Source: the human T2T-CHM13v2.0 reference genome, Homo sapiens
Direction: 5' to 3' (one strand)
Assembly (NCBI RefSeq): GCF_009914755.1
Contig: NC_060944.1
DNA: 64,000 nt
Below, piece after piece: positions 41,701 through 52,801 of the stretch. Below the pieces are notes generated by a model. That model did no database searches. It was given only the letters and a program-made list of their open reading frames with translations, and had not been told where the DNA came from. Position numbers and translations under genes: made by a program. Every line of letters begins with the position of its first letter. Within the stretch, counting starts at the first letter, position 1.

Positions 41701-43485
41701 AATGCCCTTTATCGGTTTGAGAAAGCCTCCTCACATTCCTGGTTTCTTGGGTGTTTTTCATCATGGAAAGGTGGTGGACTGTGTCAAGTGTTTGTCTGTG
41801 TCCTAATGGTCCTAATCTGATGTGGTTTTTACCCTTTATTTTATTAGTGCAGTATATTACATTGATTACTTTCTCATATGTTGAACCAAATTGGCATCTT
41901 GGGGTAAATACCACATGGTGAATACTGCTAGATTTGGTTTGCTGGTGTTTCATTGAGTATTTATATATATATATATTTATAAGATGTATTGGTTTGTGGT
42001 TTTCTTTTCTTGTGATATTTGACTTTGGTATCAGAGTAACACTGGAATAATAGCAAGAACGGGGGAGTCTTACTCTTATTCTGCTTTTTAGAAGAGTATT
42101 TAAAGGATTAGTGTTAATTATTTTGTAAAGGTTTAGTAGAATTCATCAAATCACTGGTGAAGCTAACTTGTTCTGGGCTTTTCTTTGCGAGAAGTTTGTT
42201 TTTGTTTTTGTTTTGTGACTAATTCAATCTTTTTACTTGTTATAAGTCTATTTCTTTGTGAGTCCATTTTGGAGGTTGGTATCTTTCTAGGAATTTGTCC
42301 ATTTTATGTGAATGTCTAATACGTTGTCACACAGTTTTTCCTGGTATTCCTTTATAATCTTTTTTCTTTTCGAATGGTCTGTGTTAATGCCCCCTTTTTA
42401 TTCCTGATTTAATAATTTGAGTCTTCTCTCTTTCTCTCCTGCTCAGCCTAGTTACAGATGTGTCAATTTTGTTAATCTTTTCAAGGAGCAAATTTTATTG
42501 TGTTCATTTTCTCTGTTGTTTTTCTGTTCTCTATTTTATTTATTTCTTCTCTATTGTTTACTTCCTGCAGCTGCTTTGGATGTAGTGTTCTTCCTTTTCT
42601 AGTTTCTTAAGGTGGATGGTTTAGTTATGAACTTCAAGTATTTCTCCTTTTTAAATGTAGACACAGATGGCTATATATTTCTCTCTGAGCACCATTTTCA
42701 TTGTATCCCATAAATTCAGCTACATTGTGTTTTAATTTCTATTCATCTCCAAGAATTTCCCAATTTCTTGTGATTTCTCTTTGACCTATTGGTCGTTTTT
42801 TACCGTGTTGTTTACTTTCCATATATTTGTGACTTTTCAAATTTCCTTCTGTTACCAATTTCTAACTTTATTCTATTGTGGCCAGAGAACATACTTGGCA
42901 TGAGTTTGACCATTTCAAATTTATTGGGACCTATTTTGTGACTTAACATGTGCTCTACCATGGAAAACATTCTATGTGCATTTGAGAGGAATATGTGTTC
43001 TGTTGTTGGGTAGGGTGCTCTATAGGTGACTGTTGTCATTGTTTTGCGTTGTTCAAGTTATCCATTATTTTTTGATCTTCTAATTGCTCTAATCATTATT
43101 TAGAGTGGAGTATTGAACTATCATTGTTGAATTGTCCATTTCTCTCTTTAATTCTTTTGTTTTTCTTCAGGTAATTTGGGTCTCTGTTGTTATGTGTATA
43201 ATTGTTATATCTTTTTGATGGAGTTTCCATTTTATCATTATAAAATGTCCTTTGTCTCAAATACCAGTTTTTGTCTTTAAATCTGTTTTGTCTGACATTA
43301 ATATAAGCACTCTGATTCTCTATAGGTTACTGTTTGTATGAAATATATTTTCCATACTTTTATTTTCAACGCATTCATTTTTTTGAATCTAAACTGTGTC
43401 TCTTTTTGTTATCATATCATTGGATCATGTTTTGATCCACTCTTCCATTCTCTGTCTTTTAATTGGAGAGTTAAATCTATTTACA
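35755..43485 (-). mobile_element. L1MB-type LINE-1 (3'UTR and most of ORF2), split by the L1PB1 insertion
   Basis: aaagtgtacaattca..ttttagtacattcac..gttgtgcaaccattaccacc 3' end; ORF2 resumes at 40654 (tgtcatatct); ORF-track peptides YYKAKLIKTIRYWH and FSGHNRIKLEI. Confidence 0.85.
36782..40642 (-). mobile_element. L1PB1-type LINE-1 retaining 5'UTR, ORF1 and endonuclease but lacking RT/C-terminus
   Basis: L1PB1 3' end joins ORF2 5' region at ~37000; EN peptide LNIYAPNTAAP..IIVGDFNTPL; ORF1 peptide PRHIVIKLSK; TSD TGTGCTTTTTT at 36771-36781 and 40643-40653. Confidence 0.92.
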
Positions 43486-43929
43486 AACCTGCCTTCTCCA
43501 CTGGAGATGACAAGAGTGGAGCTCTGGTTTTCCCTTTTCTCTACACAGTGTGAACTATTACTCACTTCACTTCTTGCCAGGGCAACTTAAATAAAACTGT
43601 CAACCAGCTAGTTATGTAATTTGATTTTCACATTCTCTCTCTGGGACTCAGCTTTCTTATTTGCAAAATAACTTGGGACAGACATTTAACATTCTTTTGA
43701 CCAATGTGCAAATGACACACTGCACACCTGTGCAGGGAATGGCCTGACTCTAGACGTCTCCCACTAGTCCTGTGAATAGAAATGAGTGGAGAGACTGAAA
43801 AGCTCATATTTTTCTGATGGGCAAAATAATAGCAATTCATTTTCACTAGGCCCAAAATAGTCCAAGGTATCATCTAAAGACCTCAGGTTGCTTCCAGTTT
43901 CCCCCACAATATTTGTGCCCAAAGCATCA

Positions 43930-44390
43930 GGCAGAAACCTGAGACTGGGTCCTTTCCTTCATGCAGGCCCTTGATGTGAGTCACCAGCACCTGTCACTTC
44001 TACTTGCCAAACACTGGCCCTCCCACCTCCCTCCTCCCTGCTGCCACCCCTGCCTCATTCCTGCCTTTCTCATTTCTCATGCTCCTGCTTCCTGTCCCTC
44101 TGCCCTCTCCATATGCCAATTGATGCACTGTCACAGCACCCCAAAAATCCTTCCAAAATGGCCTTCGTCATTGCTGCCCACTGCTGGCATACTCTCTGCA
44201 AACTCCAGACTCTCCTCGGCTTCCCACCCAAGAACTCCATGATTAGACACCTTCCCACCTGCCGGGCTTATTGCTTCTCCTCCCCATTCAGATCCTCCAC
44301 CAATCTATCACAGTTTCCTAGAAACAGTGGGCTCTAGCCAGCTTCTCTCCCTCCCTCTGCACCAGCTGCTCCTCACCGAGAGCCCCACTC
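43930..44390 (+). mobile_element. L2 LINE fragment
   Basis: C/T-rich gaaacctgagac...tcaccagcacctgtcacttctac...aaactccagactc. Confidence 0.5.
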
Positions 44391-44591
44391 CCCAAACTGC
44401 AGTTCTTTAACCACTGTGCTCTCTCCTTAAAAGAATTTTGACAAAGTCGTGAAACTTCTTTCACATATGTTTGAGGTAACATTTAACTTTTTCACACAAA
44501 CATATAATTTTTCATATATTATAAAAACTGGTATTTTAAAATAAAACTGTTAGTGCTCTCTTTAGAATTTATGCAATAGAAAATAAATACT

Positions 44592-44912
<321 letters not shown>

Positions 44913-44953
44913 TTAAAACTTAGCATTATCCATTTAAAAAGAATACATGAGCA

Positions 44954-45164
44954 GCCTGTAATCCCAGCACTTTGGGAAGCCAAGGTGGGTGGATCACAAG
45001 GTCAAGAGTTTGAGACCAGCTTGACCACCACGGTGAAACCCTGTCTCTACTAAAAATACAAAAATTAGCCGGGAATGGTGGCACACGCCTGTAATTCCAG
45101 CTACTTGGGAGGCTGAGACAGGAGAATTGCTTGCCAAGAGGCAGGGTTTGCAGTTAAAAAAAAA
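44954..45164 (+). mobile_element. AluS, truncated at both 5' and 3' ends, with TSD
   Basis: Starts gcctgtaatccc, stops at tgcagt, then a short A-run; TSD AATACATGAGCA at 44942 and 45165. Confidence 0.9.
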
Positions 45165-48100
45165 AATACATGAGCAATCTCCACCTTAAATGTCAGAAAT
45201 TTTACCCCTTCTTTTTTTTCTACTGGAACTCACAGTTCAATTCTACTTCCCTCATTGAATTTTATTCTAATGTCACAGAATTTTATGCTTGAAAGAGCTT
45301 TATTATCATCTCATAAAATTCTGGAAAAGAAACATGTATATCAATTGAAATTATTTTGTTTCCTATGACCAAATGGCTCTAGATGTTCAATTTTTTTAAT
45401 TGAGTTATCATGACAATGATCATTAACTGAGCAATTCAAGGTATATAATAAAAAATTGATAAATTATTATATTAAAAAATAAGATTGCATTGGGGATGTT
45501 CCTTGTGATGAGATGATTTTGTGGTTGTTGCTCTGTTTCTTGAGTCACTTATGTATCTGTCCCCTGGATCAAGAAGTGGACAGCAGGGATAGCAGGTGCC
45601 CGTGACTGGTGCAGTTGTCCGGGGAGAGCTCAGGGTCCCCCCCAACCACCTACCCCTGTGGTTCATATTAATATTGACCTTTACTGGGGGCCTATAAATT
45701 GTCTTTTTGGGTAAGGCCTTGTGATAGATGAATAGTGCTTATTTTTAGAATTAAGCAAAGGAGACCTCACATCAATTTTATTCTCACCTTTTGTTTTTTG
45801 TGGTTTTGTTTTATAGTTGAATACACTGAGAAACTTTATTCACGTCTAAGAGTAGGTGAGAATTTTGTTATACCAATGGCATTCAGTTCTGAGGACTCCT
45901 TCTCGGTTATAGCCATTAGATCTGCCTTTAAATGTGTTGAAAGCAAATAATTGGAAACCACCTCCCTCAGAAAGGGATTTGTTTTCCAATCATTCAAATC
46001 ATCATTGCTCAATCTCTTGGACGTCTATGCAAAGGGCACTATTACAAGACTCTCAGAGGACTGTACACCAGCGTGTCCCTCGTAGGTACTTGGTTCAACC
46101 TGCTAAGAGATAGTGCTGAATATTATTTTATCATATGCTTTGAATATATTTTCCTGAAGACCTTGAGGCTGAGGCTTAGCCAGCCTGAATGATGGAGATG
46201 CCACCCTGATGACATGCTTGGAAAGCCAGCACTGCAGCTTCTGTTGGCACAATTCAACTGCCAGATGGGACTCCCTACCAGGTGAAGGCATATGGCGTTT
46301 CTCAGCTCAAGCAAATGTGTGAATTGCATGTTTCAAGAAATAGCATAAAAATCACTGAGAAATAAATTGCGAAATGTGTCTTATAAGAAAGGTGACTAAA
46401 ATCAGTCAATATTAAACTGATAAAAATTGAATACAATAATTCCTATTTATTTTCTAATAAGTTGTAAAAAAACAAGATAAGTCTAAATACTATTTGTTAT
46501 TATTGAATGTGGTATAATGCTGTCATGTAGCAAAATTATTATATATGATATAAAATGTATGATAAAAGCTTCAGTAAGCCTGTGGCAAAGGTATGCTTCT
46601 GGACATTTTGGGTTGTTTTGCTAATTTTGAGAATAATCGAAATCATCTATTAAAGTCAAAAACAACTTCAAAAATTTTATGGGACGTAATCAAAGTTTCT
46701 CTTTATACTTAAGAAAACAGAAGGTAAAAGTCCCAAAGTACTAAGGACTTGAATGTTTATGTACAATTTTATTTTTGTTAATGAGAAGAATACAGTAAAT
46801 GTTTATTTTGATTAAGATGAGGATTGACTATAATTAGAATAAATATTTCAATCTATGGTTTGACAAAATGGGTTTTCACTTACTTTGGAATACTGCACAC
46901 ATAATTTTAATCAGTGAATTTTACCTTGTATGTCTTGAAAAACCTTGGTGATCTCCCCTCACCAAAATTCAAATGACACTTAACATCATAATCTTCATTA
47001 AGCTGTAACCCCTACTGCTCTGGCTGTTCAAAGACACTTTTTTTTCTGGCCAATGGCATACCCAGATAGCAAACATGGCCAAGAGCAGGGGAAAGCTGCT
47101 CCCTTTAAATTAGTCATGGGAACAATTGAGCCAATGTTTTTTACTGATGTTTTCTCTGCTTTGCTCCCACAGGCTCTCCCCCAAGGGCACAGTAATCTTT
47201 GGCAACTGTCTGGGCATGGAAGAGGCATGCTCACTAATGGACAAGTTCATCAAGCCCTCTGCTCTGCTCTTTGATGTGTCTAAATTCAGAACATCCCCAC
47301 ACTGGCGCCTCATGGATAAGGTTTAAGGCAGGAAGGGTCCAGGTGGGCTGGAGTCCCTACATTAATCTGCAGCCCTCAAGTGGCCCTGCTTTCCAGATGG
47401 GCAGGGTGAGGGGTATGAGGCAGCATTAATGTGGAGCAGGAAAGGAGCCTTTGTGTCTCCGGGTGTGATCATGAGGCAGGTCGGATTCAGGAAGACCAGC
47501 CTGTGGAACCTCAGGCTCTGGTGAGTTGCCAAGAAACTGAGCTCAAGTAGCCAGATGACAATTCACATCTCCTGCTTGTTTCCAAATTAACATAGAATCC
47601 TGTTTCCCTCCAGGCCATCACTGTCTCAGTATCTTACCCAGAACCCAGCCAACATTCAAGAAATGTGTGTTGAGTTGAAATGTATTAAGTGAGCTACCAC
47701 TTGCTAAGAGAAAGCCCCACCCAACTTTTGGTAGAGGTCTGGGTTTGGAGCCTGAAGTTGTCTCAGCTCTGGGGAAGAAAGAATGACATATCCTCTGTCT
47801 GGTAGGTTCTAAGACCAGCCCAGACTTTCCCAGGCACAAGCTCAGAGCCCTCAAACACAACCTCTGGTCTCTAGGCTGTGTGTCTCCAGGGCAGGCTAGA
47901 AGCATCCCCCCTCCTCCCTGGAGGCTGATCAGCGCCTGGGGAAATCCTCTCTCTTGCCACCAAGCAGCAGGCTCCAGACTTGTCAATCTTGGCTTTTCTG
48001 ATAAATCATTCACAAACTTTCATTCCCACTGGTATTTGCTATTTGCTAATTGAATAATTAGATATAATTAATAACATCATACATTACCATAATTTTAACA

Positions 48101-49399
48101 TTATAGGTGTCAAGAGGATATAATTTAATTAGAGGTTAACGTTTTGGGCTTGGAATCAGATGCTTAAGTGAACTGTAGCTTGTGCTTCTGCCAGCTGGAG
48201 AAGCATGAACTGTGCCCTTCTGATTCATTCTGCTGTGTTTCTAAGGTCTGGAAAAGCAGAGAGGGAAACACATTGATTTCTTGAAATTTGGTGGCTGAAG
48301 AGAAATTCCCTGAAAACAGCATTGGTGTTTGTGTATGTGTATGAACATCTGCTGCAGCTCTGCCTCAAAGAGGATATATACTAGCTGCTCTGGGGGACAC
48401 AAAAGACCCCATCTTTATGTCCACAGTCAGGAAGGTCAAATAAAGCTTGCACAGAAGTCCCTGCAGCAGGAAGTAACGAGTGACAACCTCCATTGTCACA
48501 TGGCTGAGTTATGACAGATTCGCAGGATGCATGCAATCAGGAAATCATATGCTTTTTGATAAGAATGACTCTGGAATATACTGCTAAGTATAATTTCTAA
48601 AATTTATAACTTGCTAAGACTTCTCCTGTAATCGAATTTACAGGTGAGAAAAAGAAACTGACAAGACATTAATCATGATGTCAGACTTAGAAAAGATGGC
48701 TGTTAAGGAGATCACGACAGATCAGTGTTGTGGGAATTGAAAGGATGGGGAGGCTGCCCCTGCGTGAAGGTGGGAACTCACAATCACAAGTGAGGGAGCC
48801 CCAAGTCAAGAAACCCCTTTTATTTCCAGTGCATCTCGGAGCATGTCTGCTGTCTGTGTATGCGTTTACTCTCTGGGTTTGATGAGTTGACGTTTCTGGT
48901 GAGTGTGGTCAGTGCTGCTGTCTGGGCTGACCTGATCTGGGTAGAGGACTGTATTCTGAAGGAGGCTTAGATTCCCGGTTAGCGCTGCCTGCTGCCTGAT
49001 CACCTCCAGGTTCGGTTGTGAGGCACAATCCATCATGTTAGGTCAGGGTTCTTGATAGCGTCTCAAAATCTGAGTGTGGGGCAGAGGGCTCCCAGCTTAG
49101 GAATGATCATCAAGAGGAGCCTGTCTCTGGGCTGGGGCAGGAGAGTGGCAGGTTCAGGGTGTTGCTGCGGTGAACGCTAAAGTGAGGGGGAGTCATGGAA
49201 TTTCCTGAGAGGTTGGTGGGCCGGCTGAGAAGTGAAGTGGTGTCTGTGCTGCATGAGGAGCCGTGAGGTCAGGCAGGGAGCCTAGAGCTAGTTCAGAGGA
49301 AACACCAGCAGCCTGGTAGTGCCAGCTCCTGCCCCGAGGCAAGAGGGATAACCTTTATCACTGGGTCCAGGCTACAGAGTCCACAACAGGCTTTTGATG

Positions 49400-49822
49400 G
49401 AGTGGAGACAAAAGAGACTCCATCCTGGATGCTGGTTACATGCTGACTTCTGGTCAGCCCCAGTCCCAGGAATGACTCCCAATTCTACTGTATTCACTGT
49501 CCCTCGCATAAGAGCATGTCAACCTTGATGTTACCATACAAATGGCAGGCTCTGATGCACACAGCATTCTTTCCTGTTCTGGGGGGCTGCCTTTCATCAT
49601 CTCGATAGAGCAAATAAAATCTTTCCCTATGGTATATAAGCCCTGGGTCTGGGGAGTAACGGCAGGGAGGTCTACCTGTCTTGTAGCCTCTCAAGACTGT
49701 GCTTCTGTTTGAAGGTTCTAATGAATCATCCTATATCCACAAAAACTGGATTTGCCTGCCTCATCTTTTGGTTTCCTGGCACTTTTGGCATTTGGGGGCC
49801 GCTTGGCATATTTGGCCCTTCC
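49400..49822 (+). mobile_element. Solo LTR (LTR47-like) inserted in ERV1 pol
   Basis: gagactccatcctggatgct...catgtcaaccttgatgtta...ccctatggtatataagccctgggtctgggg...ggcatttgggggccgctt; pol reading QPHG|HQKPV resumes across it. Confidence 0.7.
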
Positions 49823-51790
49823 ATGAGGTTGATTCAGAACCTTAAGGGCATGTCCAGATCTCTCATGCACAAATAGATGATTGGCTTTGATAGTTAGGAA
49901 AGCACCCGGAAGGAGGCCACTGAGGAGACTTCTTCAGGTCCCACAAGGCCTACTCATGTTGGAGCCCCCACAGCAGAGGGTCTTCCTGAGAACTGAGTTC
50001 ATAAAGAGGTATCGTAACCTCAGAAAAACTTGGCACCCATTGTCTGCAATATCCAGTTAACCTAGAAATCCTGTCCATTGTTGCTGTGAGGGGTCTAGGA
50101 CAAGTCTGCATAGCTTTTTGTCTATTGTGAGGGAATGCCTTTCCCTCTTCTGATAGGCTGTGCCCTGAATAATGGGCTGTGCTCTGACAATTTTGTAAAG
50201 TCTTGACTGTGGACCTGGGGAAGGCAGGAGGGACTTCAGTGAAGCCCTGGGGTGCGCCCGGCCCGGTGCACTGTTGTCCTCCCAGGTGAAGGAAGAAAAA
50301 GTTGACTGATCTGGGGCACACTGAGAAGGGCTGACCAAAGCTCCACTGCAGTGGAGCAGGCAGCTACAGGAGGAAATGATGGCGGGATGGTGTTTGGGTT
50401 AGGAATTACTGGGAAGTGAGAAATGACAAATGTGTCGATGCCCTGAAGTCTTGACCACATTGATTTCTCATCCATTCAGTTTCTTGGCAGGACAGGAGGG
50501 TTGTAAGGGTGAATGCAGGGCATGGGAAGGCCTCTGGCTATAAGACTTTTAACTTTAGTTTGAGCCTTTCCTTCATTCCCAGCTTCAGGGGATAATGGAG
50601 AAATTTGGGTAACCATTTGGTAGGATCTATCTGAATTTTAATAAGTTCTACTCAAATTAATTTCTGTATGTTGGTGGAAGTTTTAGCCCATACAGTATCA
50701 GATACGGTGTCAAGGCCTTTATCTAGGGCTCACATCTGATGTGACAGAAGGGGCAAAGGTAGATCGAGAGCAGACACAGCTTGATGATGAACAGAAGAGT
50801 TCTCTGAGACTGCAGGAAATTGTCCCTCTGGTGTGCAAATGTTCTGTTTGTAATGTGAATGTCTCGCTATTAAATTTGCATAGGTGGGATCACAGAACAG
50901 GAAAGAATGTTTTCAACCAAGGACCTGAAGGTTATACAGTTCAGGACCAGGAGCTCAGGAAAATCCATGGGTTATTTGAAATATCAGCCACTTGTGTGGT
51001 GTGTTTGCTCTGAGGTGAAGGTTAAGCAAAGGTGGCAAGTGTAGCTTAGAAAGAGGAGCTCCCATATCAACTGGGAATAATGAAATGGACCATCTATATT
51101 TTTCATCAACTCACCTTGAGTATTTAAGGTAACAGCAAGATATTGGGTGCACCCTCATCTAACTAGATTTTCTGATTTTTCTTTGTCTTGTCTTTTCTTT
51201 TCCAAGATGGGATGATCTTTATTCCAGCTTCCCTTTTGTTTACATATCTACAAGTATCCTTATCAGTTTGTCAGTTGGCTGGGAGTGGGTCACCCTGCTG
51301 TTTGATCTGTAGGGACATGCGTTTATTTTGGGTCGTGTCTTCCTTTTGTTCTAAAGCCCTTTCAACATGCTCTGCCAGCTATTGTAGTTGAGGTGAAAAG
51401 ACTACCTTCCATTCTAATTTCTGTTTTTGAATTACATATACAAATTGACAAAATGAGATGAAAGAGCTGCTTTCCCATCACCCTCTTCTTTAACTCCCAA
51501 ATGCAACCTCAATATACTTTTTAGTTTAGTCTTAACATTGCCTATATTTTTATATTTTATTATTTGCATGATATAATTATGGTCCAATAGATTTTATTGG
51601 AAATGTTTCAGGCATAGCATGTAGAAGACTTAATCCTAATTTATAGGCCCTTTTTGGGCCCTCAAGCTTATTGTGGAAAGAGGGATCATATAGGTCCCTT
51701 TCCAGTTCAGTCCAATTAGCTCTTACCATCTAGAATTTAGTATCTGAGGCTCTGATCAGTATGTGTACAACTTAACATAGGTCGGGTCAC

Positions 51791-52241
51791 TGCATCAACC
51801 AGTGTTCTCCAGGGAAACAGAACCAATATGGGGAGTGTGTGTGTGTGTATGTGTGTGTGTGTGTGTGTGTGACAGAAAGAGAGAGAGAGATTTTAAAGAA
51901 TTGACCTGATAGATGATGGAAGTTGCCAAGTCCAAAATCTGCAGGATGGGCCGGCAGTCTGGAGACCCAGGCAAGAGCCAATGCTGCAGTTCAGTCCAAA
52001 GGCTATCAGCTGCATCATTCATCTTGCTCTGAGGAGGTCAGGCTCACATTCCATTTAGGCCTTCAACTGATTGGAAAAGGTGCACTCACATTAGGGAATA
52101 CAATCTGCTTCACTCAAAGACCACCAATTTGAATGTTAATTTCATCCATAACAACCTCACAGAAACAGCTAAAATAATGTTTGACCACATAAATAGGGAA
52201 CCATGGCGCAGCCAGCTGGACTCATAACATTAACCATCACA
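51791..52241 (-). mobile_element. MLT2 (ERVL) solo LTR with internal (TG)n(GA)n, inserted in ERV1 gag
   Basis: tg..gttctccagggaaacagaaccaata...aagtccaaaatctgcagg...ggccttcaactgattgg...ttaaccatcaca. Confidence 0.85.
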
Positions 52242-52801
52242 GTAGCCCTGGGTCCTAGGCACCCAAAAATTTCTCTAGGAATAGTTGCTGGCTTTGTCTA
52301 GATTTAGGGAAATCCTCAATCAGAGCTTTCAATTCAGCCTGGTTCCCGGGTTTACATTCTGCAGTTGTCAGTATACCTGGTTTCTGGGAGCAATAAGACT
52401 TTGGAGACAACAATTATTTGGGGGGTCATACAAGAGTCATTGGTAAAAGCTAGACAGACAAGGGCAAGAGGAAGGAGGAGCTGATGGGAGTGCAGAGGAG
52501 AGGGGCCAGAAGGAAAGTAAACAACGAGATATTCGTACAAGGGGCTGCCACACAGCAATCAAAAGAAACGAACCATGCTACAAACAATGACAGTGAATCC
52601 CACAGATAACCAGCAGGGCAAAGAGGTCAGAAACAAGAGATAACACACTATATTACACCATTTGTATGAGGAGAAGGCCAGGAAATCCTACACGTTAGGG
52701 AGAGGCTTTAGAATAGTGGTTACCTTGTGGCAAGGGGGTGCTGTGCACTGGGAAGAGACATGGCTGGTTCCCTGGGGACTGTGTGACCTACGTCTCAAGC
52801 A

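Larger units (their letters stand above)
48780..52510 (-). mobile_element. Ancient class I (ERV1) proviral interior: decayed gag-pro-pol (RT, tether, RNase H)
   Basis: Minus-strand motifs in order: gag AELKALIEDFP (~52310), knuckle DKDTCRY.KQKGSWNKDHP (~51230), protease PVDMGA (~51065), RT IQIDPTKWLPKFLHYPL, FPVIPNPNTI, PQGFTE, LTGYCRQWVPSF, FVHERSGHAL, tether HRSNTLN.ATLLP, RNase H VNAYTDSRHA and WK*KGFLT. Confidence 0.88.
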
